A stretch of DNA of 64,000 bases from an uncultured Aliarcobacter sp. (lineage in GTDB: Bacteria > Campylobacterota > Campylobacteria > Campylobacterales > Arcobacteraceae), in assembly GCA_963664305.2 (NCBI GenBank), contig CAXXLV010000002.1, positions 736,001 to 800,000 on the forward strand, written 5' to 3'. Position 1 is the first letter of the stretch. Every line of letters starts with the position of its first letter. Below, in pieces: positions 9,495 to 19,575 of the stretch. Both the position numbers and the translations under genes were made by a program. A model generated the notes under the pieces. The model saw nothing but the letters and a program-made list of their open reading frames with translations. It had not been told where the DNA came from and did not search any database.

Positions 9495-12080
9495 TTATAT
9501 TTCACTATTATTATTTGAATTCTCTACTATGAAGAATTGTTGATGTAAGCCATTTGGAAGTAAAATACCTCCATTTACTAAATCAATTATTGAATTATCT
9601 CCTATTGGTACTCTTATTTCCTGATTTCCACTTGGATTATTTGTATCTTGATTTAATCTTAACTCTTCCATACTTATTATTCTTGTTGGTTGAGCTTCTA
9701 ATGGTTGTGACAATACATTTACTCTATTTCCATTTATTGTATTAACTGGATTTTGAGGTTGAATTACTGGTAATGTGACTTTTGGTACTTCATATCTTAT
9801 TGCATTAGTATTTACTATTGAAGTTATTACTTTAGTTATATTTTCATTATTATTTGTTGGTGTTGTTGGTGTTGGTGTTGGTGTTGTTACACCATTCTTT
9901 ATATTTAATTCAGCAATAATAGTCGAAATATCTCTATTATCTAAAGACGTAAAATATGAAATTGCACTTGAAGATGAATTTGCAGCTAATGTACCAATAT
10001 TAAATTTTATAGCCATTGCCTTATCTCCAGTAATTGAATAACCTTTTACAAAAAGTGGGTCACCATAAGTTGTAACATTAGTACAACAACCTGAACCTAC
10101 AGCTAATTCAGTACGTGTATCTGCTGAATAAAATAAAATATTAGATTGTGAACCAGCCAAAACATCATAAGCATCTCCATCAAAACCTTGTCCACTTAAT
10201 ACGGCAACTTTATCAGAAGATATAGTAGATTGAATTGTTTGTATTGTTTGTGAAGAACCACCTACATCTCTATTATTGTCCGGATCAAATTCTCTTGCAA
10301 ATGCAACATTTGTCATATCTGTACTACCTGTATTAGTTAAAACTACACTATTGTTAAAATATTTATCTTCTGTTTTAAAAGTAATATCTTGAACAACTTT
10401 TAAATCACCCTCCATCGATGTAACTCTTGCTGTTAAAGTATTATCAGCTCCTAAAGATAATAGTTCAACTGTTACATTATCGAATTCACTCGTATATCCA
10501 GCTACACTAGAACTATTAAAAAATGCTCTATAATTTTCATAATCTGATCCAGGAAGGAAATAATCAATTCTTAAATCTGTTCCTGTTCCAAAACCATCTG
10601 CATCACCTATCATACCAATTCTTGTATTAGATCCTTGTCTTCCAAAAAATAAACTAGGGATGGCTGTTCCTGACGATCCAAAAACTCCTTTTGTTCCATT
10701 GATTCCTAATTCAATATATTTTCCACCTAAAAAAACATTTCCATCCATAATTGCATATCTAGTACTTGCTAAATCATTTCCTTTTCTCCATTGAATAGAA
10801 GGAGATGTTACTGTTTTACCTGAAGCAACACTATATGTACTTGTTCCTCCATCTGCTGTTCCTTGACCATATAAAAATATTATTCCTCCAACTGAAGTTC
10901 CAGTATGAGTAATATTTTCATTTACATAAATATTATTATATGCAGAAAGTGTTAATGTATTATTTGCACTCCAAGATATTGCACTATCAACATTAATATT
11001 TCCTTCACTACCACTTTCTCCAGAGCTTGTATCAGGAGTATTACTTCCATCAGTTGAAATTGTTACATTTCCACTTCCAAGTGCTGTTTCAATTGCCGAA
11101 GCTAAAGTAGAATCTATAGTAATATTAACAGGGTCAATTAACCATTCTGCTGCTTCTATTTTTGCACTATTAAATTTAAAATCTTTCCCTGAAGTCTCAA
11201 CAAATCCATCTTTAGCTTCAATTATTCCACCAACTTGAACTTCTCCACCATGAGCAAACAATTCAACTTTACCAGTTATCCCATCTAAAGAGTTAGCTTC
11301 AATAATTCCAGTATTATTTACTACACCTTTTAATAACTCATTTACTGCATTTGTTGTTAAATATATCTCTCCACCATCTGCTATAATATTTCCTGAGTTT
11401 TTAACTAATGCATCTAATATACCTTTATCTACTGTTAAATTAACTAATGAGTTTCCATTTAGATTAATTGAATAAGAATCAGCTCCAACTAAATGAATGT
11501 TTCCTTTAACTGCTTTAATTGTTCCCTCATTAGCAACTTCATTTGAAGCAAGAACTACAGAACCATTATTTACAACTTCTATTGTTCCTTGATTAATGAT
11601 TGAATTTGCTGTTGCATTTTTAAAGTTATAATTTCCAGCATTAAAATCATTATCCGATAGTTCAGCTGTTGTTGCTAATAATCCTGAAGTATTAATTGAT
11701 GCATTTTTTCCAAATAAAACACCATTTGAATTTAATATCCAAACTTGTCCATTTGCGTTTAATGCTCCATTTATTACTGATTTTTCAGTTCCTATTACTC
11801 TATTTAAAGTAATTGAAGAAGAGTTTGGTTGATTGAAATTTACTGTTTCATTTGAAGAAATAGAAAAGTTTTGCCAATTAATTGAGGCTTTTTGAGTGCT
11901 TTGGTTGATATTTGTTACCGTTCCACTTTGATTTATTGTTGCACTTCCTGATGTTACAGTTCCCCCTGTAGGTGCAGCAAATGTTAATGTTGTAGAACTA
12001 AGTATAGCACTAACTAGTAAACTAATTTTTCCACCTTTTAGTATTCTAAACCGTGAATGAAAATCGAATGTTTTTTCCAT
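9495..12080 (-). CDS. filamentous haemagglutinin N-terminal-domain protein (TpsA passenger)
   Basis: TPS secretion domain INWQNFSI...NFNQP...LNRV...NGQVWILNSNGVLFG, WLIDP motif, Gly/Ser/Thr/Asn-rich; adjacent to tpsB. Confidence 0.92.
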   Translation of the reverse strand: MEKTFDFHSRFRILKGGKISLLVSAILSSTTLTFAAPTGGTVTSGSATINQSGTVTNINQSTQKASINWQNFSISSNETVNFNQPNSSSITLNRVIGTEKSVINGALNANGQVWILNSNGVLFGKNASINTSGLLATTAELSDNDFNAGNYNFKNATANSIINQGTIEVVNNGSVVLASNEVANEGTIKAVKGNIHLVGADSYSINLNGNSLVNLTVDKGILDALVKNSGNIIADGGEIYLTTNAVNELLKGVVNNTGIIEANSLDGITGKVELFAHGGEVQVGGIIEAKDGFVETSGKDFKFNSAKIEAAEWLIDPVNITIDSTLASAIETALGSGNVTISTDGSNTPDTSSGESGSEGNINVDSAISWSANNTLTLSAYNNIYVNENITHTGTSVGGIIFLYGQGTADGGTSTYSVASGKTVTSPSIQWRKGNDLASTRYAIMDGNVFLGGKYIELGINGTKGVFGSSGTAIPSLFFGRQGSNTRIGMIGDADGFGTGTDLRIDYFLPGSDYENYRAFFNSSSVAGYTSEFDNVTVELLSLGADNTLTARVTSMEGDLKVVQDITFKTEDKYFNNSVVLTNTGSTDMTNVAFAREFDPDNNRDVGGSSQTIQTIQSTISSDKVAVLSGQGFDGDAYDVLAGSQSNILFYSADTRTELAVGSGCCTNVTTYGDPLFVKGYSITGDKAMAIKFNIGTLAANSSSSAISYFTSLDNRDISTIIAELNIKNGVTTPTPTPTTPTNNNENITKVITSIVNTNAIRYEVPKVTLPVIQPQNPVNTINGNRVNVLSQPLEAQPTRIISMEELRLNQDTNNPSGNQEIRVPIGDNSIIDLVNGGILLPNGLHQQFFIVENSNNNSEI

Positions 12081-12127
12081 TGTTGTCCCTTTTATAAATA
12101 ATAAATTATTAAATTGTATCTAAAAAT

Positions 12128-12147
12128 TGTCGGAAATCTGACGGAAA
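12128..12147. promoter_or_regulatory. direct repeat TG(T/A)CGGAAA x2 with 11-bp period, putative response-regulator box
   Basis: tgtcggaaa-tc-tgacggaaa, a GC-containing repeat in the AT-rich 97-bp gap between divergent tpsA and the kinase gene. Confidence 0.55.
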
Positions 12148-12177
12148 AAAGAAGTTCTATTATGGTAGAATTCTGGG

Positions 12178-14052
12178 ATGTTTAAAGGCTCATGTTTAAA
12201 ATATATAACAATCTTTCATATCTTTTTAATTGTATTATTAGGAAATAATTTTTCTGATAAGATTATAAATATCCAAAACACAATTACTGATAATTTTCAA
12301 TTTCAATATTTAAAAAGTAAAGAAATATTGACCATTCAGGAAGTTAAAGATATTGACTTCACTGAAACATCTTCTAATAATTTTTCATTAGGATATACAA
12401 ATTCACAACTTTGGATAAAATTAAATCTAAAAAATAATAATTCTAAATCAGAATTTGTATTAACAGTTAATGAACATTTTTACGAGATTTTTAATCTTTA
12501 TTATTTTGATGAAATTAATAATAAATGGATAAAAAAAGAAAATGGACTATTCATTCCTATTGAAAATAGAGAAATAAAAACAAATAAATTAGCAACAAAG
12601 ATAATTTTACAACCAGATGAAACAAAAACTTTTTATATAGAATTAAAAGGTAAATATTCTTATTTTGGAAAACTTCTAATCTATGATAGTGATAGTTTTT
12701 ATCTTAATAAACAAATTACTGTTAATATTTTTTATACCTTTATTTTTAGTATTTTTACAGTTATTCTACTATTTACGCTTTTCTTATCTATTAAAATAAA
12801 AGAGAAACTATATTTTTACTATTTAGGATATAGTTTTTTTTATCTGATTTATACAATAAATATTAGTGGAATGTTAGCTTACTTTGATTTACATCATTAT
12901 GTTTATAAACTTCATTCAGCAGGAGCTTTTACAACTGCGTTTTTTGCACTTTTTTCTATAGAATATTTAAATATAAAAAAGCACGCCAGATATTTCAATT
13001 ATTTACTATTATTCATTTCATTTTTATTATTCATCTTAGGTTTTTTATTAATTTATGAATATACGCCATGGAACAAAGTTATAAATAATACAGTTGCCAT
13101 AGTAAACATTGCATTAATAATTGCTTCAATAATTAGTTATTTAAAAGGTCATCAATTTGCTAAATATTACACATTAATATTAGTCTTCTTTTTTATTTTT
13201 ATTCTAATATTTACTACAATGGTAGGAGGAGTGACAGAATATAATATTTTGACTAGATATGGATATATTGCAGCTTCTGCAGTAGAACTGATTGGATTTA
13301 CACTTCTTTTAGTTAATGAATATTCTGTTTCTAGAAATAAACAAATTGAATATCAAGAACAATTAATAACAATAAAAACAAAACAAGAAGAACTATTAAA
13401 AAAAGAAGTAGAAAAAAGAACTCAAGAGCTTGAAGAATCAAATCAAAAGTTATCTTTACTAGTTAAAGAAAGAGAACTTTTATTAAAAGAGATATTTCAT
13501 AGAGTAAAAAATAATTTTCATATGATATTAGGTATGCTTTGGTTTGAATCCCAAAAACATGAAAATAAAGAAATCTTTACAGAATTGACTAATAGAATTA
13601 AATCTATGTCAAAACTACATGAACAATTACTTTATAGTTCAAAAGATTTAATTCAAATAAATATAAATGAATATTTGAAAAATATTATAGAAAATATAAC
13701 TTTTTCATATGCAAATAAAAATTTTTATATAGATTACCATATTGAAAACATCTATTTAAGTTTTGAAGAAGCTCTAAATTTAGGTGTTATTGTCAATGAA
13801 ATTCTTACAAATAGTATAAAACATAATCAAAATATAAAAGAAAATTATATAAATATATTTTTAAAAACAATAGATGAAAAAATTGAATTAAGAATTGAAG
13901 ACAATAGTAAAGAATTTTCTATAGAAAATAGTAGAGGTTTAGGTTTAAATCTAATCAAAGAATTTTCAAAAAAACTCTCTGATTCTCAATATACATATAC
14001 TTTTGATAAAACTGCATGTTTTACTTTAACATTTAGGAAAAATAAAAATTGA
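12178..14052 (+). CDS. 7TM-DISM sensor histidine kinase (HisKA_2 type)
   Basis: Extracellular DISM-like domain (LGYTNSQLWIK), about 7 hydrophobic helices, ELLLKEIFHRVKNN H-box, NEILTNSIKH, GLGLNLI. Confidence 0.9.
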   Translation: MFKGSCLKYITIFHIFLIVLLGNNFSDKIINIQNTITDNFQFQYLKSKEILTIQEVKDIDFTETSSNNFSLGYTNSQLWIKLNLKNNNSKSEFVLTVNEHFYEIFNLYYFDEINNKWIKKENGLFIPIENREIKTNKLATKIILQPDETKTFYIELKGKYSYFGKLLIYDSDSFYLNKQITVNIFYTFIFSIFTVILLFTLFLSIKIKEKLYFYYLGYSFFYLIYTINISGMLAYFDLHHYVYKLHSAGAFTTAFFALFSIEYLNIKKHARYFNYLLLFISFLLFILGFLLIYEYTPWNKVINNTVAIVNIALIIASIISYLKGHQFAKYYTLILVFFFIFILIFTTMVGGVTEYNILTRYGYIAASAVELIGFTLLLVNEYSVSRNKQIEYQEQLITIKTKQEELLKKEVEKRTQELEESNQKLSLLVKERELLLKEIFHRVKNNFHMILGMLWFESQKHENKEIFTELTNRIKSMSKLHEQLLYSSKDLIQININEYLKNIIENITFSYANKNFYIDYHIENIYLSFEEALNLGVIVNEILTNSIKHNQNIKENYINIFLKTIDEKIELRIEDNSKEFSIENSRGLGLNLIKEFSKKLSDSQYTYTFDKTACFTLTFRKNKN

Positions 14053-14738
14053 TACAAAATAACTTAAATATTTTAATAGTAGAAGATGAATTTTTAGCAG
14101 TATCTTATTTAAAAAATATACTTCAGAAAATTGGTTTCGAAAAATTTTTTATAGCTAATAATGCAGAACTAGCTAAAAAAATCACTTTAGACAATAATAT
14201 AGAGTTAATTTTTATGGATATTAATATCAATGGAAATATTGATGGAATTAATTGTGCAAAAATCATTGATAGTAAAATTCCAATTATATACACAACAGCA
14301 TTTACAGATTTAGATACAATAAATGAAACTGAACAAACAAATGTATATGGATATATTATTAAACCATTTACCTATGAAGATGTTTATTCAACACTAATTG
14401 TAGCATTAAGATTAATGTATAAAGAGTTATTAAATAATCGGTTTAGTGATAATGATTATGCTATTAAACTTGGTGATTATGTTTACCATAAAAAAAGTAA
14501 AACATTAAAATATAATGGAAATATAATTGACTTAACAAAAAAAGAGATAGAAGTTTTAAATCAACTATGTTTGAATATTAATCAGCAAATCTCTTATTCT
14601 TTTCTAATAGATAAAGTTTGGTATGATAAAGATGTTTCACTTTCAACAATAAGAGATACTTTATCAAGATTAAAAAAGAAAGTACCAAATCTTGATATAC
14701 AAAACATACAAAATTATGGATATATTTTAAAAATATAA
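14049..14738 (+). CDS. response regulator with OmpR-type winged helix
   Basis: ILIVEDE, IFMDIN, YTTAF, IIKPF receiver; LTKKE...SRLKKK...GYIL output domain; 4-bp overlap with the kinase. Confidence 0.9.
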   Translation: MIQNNLNILIVEDEFLAVSYLKNILQKIGFEKFFIANNAELAKKITLDNNIELIFMDININGNIDGINCAKIIDSKIPIIYTTAFTDLDTINETEQTNVYGYIIKPFTYEDVYSTLIVALRLMYKELLNNRFSDNDYAIKLGDYVYHKKSKTLKYNGNIIDLTKKEIEVLNQLCLNINQQISYSFLIDKVWYDKDVSLSTIRDTLSRLKKKVPNLDIQNIQNYGYILKI

Positions 14739-14812
14739 TATTATTCTATCAAAAATTTATAATAAATTTAAAAGAAAATATAAGATTATTATTTTGTAAG
14801 TGTTTATAAAAT

Positions 14813-15132
14813 AGGTAAACCAATAAGCCGCGTTTTGTTTTTAAGACAATAATTTATCTAGTTGTTAAATTACTTTAACAATCTTGCGAAGACCAAAAAA
14901 GTGTGAAGGAATTACCTAGTCTTCTTGCTGCAGGTTGGGTTTACAAAGCCATTAAGATTACTCAAAATGCTGGTAGGCTCTTACTCTACCGTTTCACCAT
15001 CACCAAAAAATCGGCTGTCTACTTTCTGTTGCACTGTCCCTTAGGTTACCCTAGCCATTATTTAAATGGAACCATTCTTCACAGCAGCCCGGACTTTCCT
15101 CTTGAATACTCAAGCTATTGTCTGGTTTACCT
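14813..15132 (-). ncRNA. rnpB: RNase P RNA, type A
   Basis: Minus strand reads GAGGAAAGTCCGGGCT, AGTGCAACAGAAAG, GGTGAAACGG, AAACCC and ACAAAACGCGGCTTA; termini AGGTAAACCA/TGGTTTACCT form P1. Confidence 0.95.
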
Positions 15133-15161
15133 GTGAAATTATAGCTTTTAATTCTTAAAAT

Positions 15162-15689
15162 CTATTTTTTTATAATATCGTAAGAGTCTGGTACTTCAAA
15201 CTTAAATATCTCATCAGAGATATCGCTATTTTGTACCACATTTGAAAATTTAATATCAACACTATTTTCTAATTTATCTTTATATGTTATTTCTTGAATT
15301 TTATCATTTGAAGTTTTAATTGAATAATCAACATCATCTATGTTTGTTGTATAACTATTTTCAGCACTTTTTTTAGAACTATTTAAAAGTTTGATAATAT
15401 TTATTTCACTATCCAATTGAGTAAAAATAGCTTGTTCTAACTCTGGTTCATCTACTATTGCAAAATCGTTATTTATATAAACATTTTTAACAACAGGTGT
15501 CTCATATTTCCATAAGATTTTTCCACTTTTTTTGATAAAAACCTCACCTTTATATTCAATTATATTTTTTGAACTTGAAGTAATAACTTGTGTAAAACTA
15601 GCTTTAAAAGAATCTAAATTTCTAATATCACTTGAAGCTATACAACTAATACTGAACAATGCTAAAAAAATTAGCGATTTATAAAACAT
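15162..15689 (-). CDS. lolA: outer-membrane lipoprotein carrier LolA
   Basis: SFKASFTQ, ILWKYETP, DEPELEQA, FKFEVP; divergent from secA. Confidence 0.85.
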   Translation of the reverse strand: MFYKSLIFLALFSISCIASSDIRNLDSFKASFTQVITSSSKNIIEYKGEVFIKKSGKILWKYETPVVKNVYINNDFAIVDEPELEQAIFTQLDSEINIIKLLNSSKKSAENSYTTNIDDVDYSIKTSNDKIQEITYKDKLENSVDIKFSNVVQNSDISDEIFKFEVPDSYDIIKK

Positions 15690-15745
15690 ACTTTAACCTT
15701 TTTTTTTATATAATCTTGCGATTATAACGAAAAGGAACTAATTTT

Positions 15746-18364
15746 ATGTTAAATGTTTTTTCAAAAATTTTTGGTACAAGAAATGATAGAGAAGTAAAAA
15801 ATTATAGAAAGAAAGCAGAAGCTATAACTGCTTTAGAAAGCAAGTATAAAAACTTAAGTGATGAAGAATTAAAAAATGAATTTAATAAGCTTAAAGAGCT
15901 TGTACAAAAAGAAGAAAAATCATTAAATGATGTATTATTTGAATCTTTTGCAATTACTAGAGAAGCAAGTAGCAGAACTCTTGGAATGAGACCTTATGAT
16001 GTACAATTAATAGGTGCTATGGTTTTACATGATGGAAGAATTGCAGAGATGAAAACAGGAGAAGGAAAAACTCTTGTTGGTTCTTTAGCTGTTGCATTAA
16101 ATGCACTTACAGGAAAAGGTGTACATGTTGTAACTGTAAATGATTACCTTGCAAGTAGAGATGCAAATGAACTAACACCTTTATACAACTTTTTAGGATA
16201 CAGTGTTGGAGCAATCGTTGGTGGTTTAAGAAATGACCAAGAAAGAAGAGAACAATATGCTTGTGATATCACTTATGGAACAAATAATGAATTTGGATTT
16301 GATTATTTAAGAGACAATATGAACTATGATATTAACGAAAAAGTTCAAAGAGGACATAACTTTGTAATTGTAGATGAAGTTGACTCGATTTTAATTGATG
16401 AAGCTAGAACTCCACTTATTATTTCTGGACCAACAAATCACAAAAATTCAAATTATGTAAAAGCAAATGAAATTGCTTTAAAATTAGAAAAAGGTGAATT
16501 AATTCAACCAAAAAGTGCAGCTGAAAAACCAACAACAACTGGTGATTTTATAGTTGATGAAAAAAATAGATCTGTTATGTTAACAGAACAAGGGCATGAA
16601 AATGCAGAAAAACTTTTTGGAGTTGAAAACTTATACTCTTTAGAAAATGCAATGCTTTCTCACTCACTTGACCAAGCTTTAAAAGCTAACTATATCTTTG
16701 AAAAAGATGTTGATTATGTTGTAAAAGACAATCAAATTATCATTGTTGATGAATTTACAGGAAGATTAAGTGAAGGAAGAAGATTTAGTGAAGGATTACA
16801 CCAAGCTTTAGAAGCAAAAGAAGGTGTTTCAATCCAAGATGAATCACAAACTTTAGCAGATATTACTTTCCAAAATTATTTTAGAATGTATAAAAAATTA
16901 GCGGGTATGACAGGAACTGCTCAAACAGAAGCAACTGAGTTTGCTGAGATTTATAATCTTGATGTTGTTTCAATTCCTACAAACATTCCAGTTAAAAGAA
17001 TCGATAAAAACGACTTAATTTACAAAAGTGAAAGAGAAAAATTTGAAGCTGTTTGTAATAGAATTAAAGAATTACATGAAAAAGGACAACCAGTTCTTGT
17101 TGGAACTGCTTCAATTGAAAAATCAGAAAAATTACATAAAATTTTAGTTGATAAAAAAATTCCTCATACAGTTTTAAATGCAAAACAACACGAAAAAGAA
17201 GGGAAAATTATCGCTGACGCTGGTCAAAAAGGTGCAGTTACAATTGCTACAAATATGGCTGGAAGGGGAGTTGATATTAAACTTACTAAAGAGATTTTAG
17301 ACTTAGGTGGTTTAGCAATCATTGGAACTGAAAGACATGAGTCTAGAAGAATTGATAATCAGTTAAGAGGAAGATCTGGACGTCAAGGAGATGTTGGAGA
17401 ATCTCAATTTTATCTATCTTTAGAAGATAATCTTTTAAGAATCTTTGGAAGTGATAAAATCAAAGGAATTATGGAAAGACTTGGGATTGAAGAAGGTGAG
17501 CATATTGAATCAAGAATGGTTACACGTGCTGTTGAAAATGCTCAGAAAAAAGTTGAACAAATGCACTTTGAAAGTAGAAAACACCTACTTGAATATGATG
17601 ATGTTGCAAATGAGCAAAGAAAAGTTATCTATACATTTAGAAATGACTTATTAAGACCTGATTACAATATCGAAGCAAAACTTGATGAAAATAGACTTGA
17701 ATATGTTCAAAATTTATTAAATGAAGCAAATATTATTCCAGGTATGCCAGAAGAAGATTTTGATTATGAATTTATAAAAACAAAATTACAAGAAGAGTTA
17801 CACTTAGTTGTAAATGAAGAAGCTATAAAAAGTGACTCTTACGAAGATTTTGAAACAAAATTAACTTCAATATTAAAAGAAGTTTATACTAAAAAAATGT
17901 CAATGGCTGCACCTGAGCAAAAAAGTGAAATTGAAAGAATTTTATATTTACAAATTTTAGATAATGCTTGGAGAGAACATTTATATGCGATGGATACTTT
18001 AAAAGCAGGTATTGGACTTAGAGGTTATAATCAAAAAGATCCACTTGTTGAGTATAAAAAAGAGTCTTATAATATGTTTATAGAATTAATTTCAAATATT
18101 AAACATGAAATTATTAAAATTTTATTTACTATTCAACTTCAATCAAATGAAGATAGACAAAAAGAACAAGAAGCAATTGCAAGAATGAAAGAGCAAATGG
18201 AAGAAGCAACAGAACATATAACTACAAATGTTGCTCAAGAAGCTGTAAAAAATAGTGATAAAAAAATTGCAAGAAATGAAACTTGTCCTTGTGGAAGTGG
18301 ATTAAAATATAAACAATGTTGTGGTAAAAGTGGACCAAAAATTGGTTTAGCAGCGGGAAAATAA
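15746..18364 (+). CDS. secA: preprotein translocase ATPase SecA
   Basis: [35 protein letters not shown]-terminal [18 protein letters not shown]. Confidence 0.99.
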   Translation: MLNVFSKIFGTRNDREVKNYRKKAEAITALESKYKNLSDEELKNEFNKLKELVQKEEKSLNDVLFESFAITREASSRTLGMRPYDVQLIGAMVLHDGRIAEMKTGEGKTLVGSLAVALNALTGKGVHVVTVNDYLASRDANELTPLYNFLGYSVGAIVGGLRNDQERREQYACDITYGTNNEFGFDYLRDNMNYDINEKVQRGHNFVIVDEVDSILIDEARTPLIISGPTNHKNSNYVKANEIALKLEKGELIQPKSAAEKPTTTGDFIVDEKNRSVMLTEQGHENAEKLFGVENLYSLENAMLSHSLDQALKANYIFEKDVDYVVKDNQIIIVDEFTGRLSEGRRFSEGLHQALEAKEGVSIQDESQTLADITFQNYFRMYKKLAGMTGTAQTEATEFAEIYNLDVVSIPTNIPVKRIDKNDLIYKSEREKFEAVCNRIKELHEKGQPVLVGTASIEKSEKLHKILVDKKIPHTVLNAKQHEKEGKIIADAGQKGAVTIATNMAGRGVDIKLTKEILDLGGLAIIGTERHESRRIDNQLRGRSGRQGDVGESQFYLSLEDNLLRIFGSDKIKGIMERLGIEEGEHIESRMVTRAVENAQKKVEQMHFESRKHLLEYDDVANEQRKVIYTFRNDLLRPDYNIEAKLDENRLEYVQNLLNEANIIPGMPEEDFDYEFIKTKLQEELHLVVNEEAIKSDSYEDFETKLTSILKEVYTKKMSMAAPEQKSEIERILYLQILDNAWREHLYAMDTLKAGIGLRGYNQKDPLVEYKKESYNMFIELISNIKHEIIKILFTIQLQSNEDRQKEQEAIARMKEQMEEATEHITTNVAQEAVKNSDKKIARNETCPCGSGLKYKQCCGKSGPKIGLAAGK

Positions 18365-18365
18365 T

Positions 18366-19571
18366 TTGAATAAAAAATTAGTTAATTTTATTGTTAAAAA
18401 GTATCTAAGATTTGATAAAAAAAATCCTTTTATATCTATAAGTGCTATTTTAGCATTTATAGGAGTTTCTATAGGTGTAATGGTTTTAATTCTTTCTATG
18501 GCTATTATGAATGGAACAGCAAAAGAGTTTGAAAAAAAACTATTTACAATGAATTATCCATTAACTATCTATCCAAAAGTTGAAGATTCTGTAAATGAAC
18601 AATTACTTGAAAGACTTCAAAAAGAATATCCTTATTTAAAATTTTCTCCTTTTGTTTCTTCACAAGCCATTATCCAAAATGGTGACATTATGAGTGGAGG
18701 AATGATTTTTGGTGTAATTCCACAAAAAGAAGCAGAAATAAATCCTATTTATAAAGAAGCAATAGGTGATTTACTAATAAATAAATTTGATGTAATAACT
18801 GGTTCTGGAATAAGTGATAAATTATATTTAAATGATGGAACAAAAACTACTCTTTATTTTACGGAATTAAATCCTACTGGTTTTTCAATGATGCCTAAAA
18901 TGAAAAGATTTAATTATATCGGTTCATTTACATCTGGATTAAATGCTTATGACAAAGCTTATATGTATACGACTTTAGAGTCTTTACAAACACTATTAAA
19001 AAAAGAAGCAAATGTTTATGATGGAATTCATATTTATTCAGAAGATGCATTTGCTGATATTGAAAAACTAAAGATTTCTTTACAAGGAACTGATACAGGA
19101 ATTGTTGGTTGGTGGCAACAAAATGGTAATTTCTTCGCCGCAATGAAAATGGAAAAAACTGCTTTATTTATTGTTTTAATGCTAATTATTTTAGTTGCTT
19201 CATTAAATATTATCTCTTCACTTCTAATGACTGTAATGAGTAGAAGAAAAGAAATCGCCCTACTTTTATCAATGGGTGCAAGTTCAAAAGAGATTAAAAC
19301 AATATTTTTAAGAGTTGGTACAATCATTGGATTTTCTGGAATTTTAACAGGAATTGCTTTAGGATTTATTGGTTATTGGCTTCTTGATAATTTTGATATT
19401 GTTACTCTTCCAGCAGACGTTTATGGAAGTGCTAAATTACCTCTTAATCTAGCAATGACTGATTTTGTTTCTATTATTATTGGTGCAGTTATAATAGTTT
19501 TACTTTCTTCTTATTATCCTGCTTCAAAAGCTACACATATTGATGTAATTGATGTTTTAAGAAATGAATAA
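18366..19571 (+). CDS. lipoprotein-releasing ABC permease LolC/E family
   Basis: 4-TM FtsX-type permease; MEKTALFIVLMLIILVASLNIISSL, YPASKA. Confidence 0.88.
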   Translation: MNKKLVNFIVKKYLRFDKKNPFISISAILAFIGVSIGVMVLILSMAIMNGTAKEFEKKLFTMNYPLTIYPKVEDSVNEQLLERLQKEYPYLKFSPFVSSQAIIQNGDIMSGGMIFGVIPQKEAEINPIYKEAIGDLLINKFDVITGSGISDKLYLNDGTKTTLYFTELNPTGFSMMPKMKRFNYIGSFTSGLNAYDKAYMYTTLESLQTLLKKEANVYDGIHIYSEDAFADIEKLKISLQGTDTGIVGWWQQNGNFFAAMKMEKTALFIVLMLIILVASLNIISSLLMTVMSRRKEIALLLSMGASSKEIKTIFLRVGTIIGFSGILTGIALGFIGYWLLDNFDIVTLPADVYGSAKLPLNLAMTDFVSIIIGAVIIVLLSSYYPASKATHIDVIDVLRNE

Positions 19572-19575
19572 GCCT

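Noticed and set aside
9855..9892. GGTGTT tandem repeats
   Set aside because: Encode the Thr-Pro linker of TpsA; not a CRISPR or independent repeat element.
4028..10041. Short plus-strand ORFs (4028, 8555, 9253, 9299, 9554, 9775)
   Set aside because: Antisense to long, well-supported genes; no recognisable motifs.
14903..15136. 77-aa plus-strand ORF
   Set aside because: Antisense shadow of rnpB.
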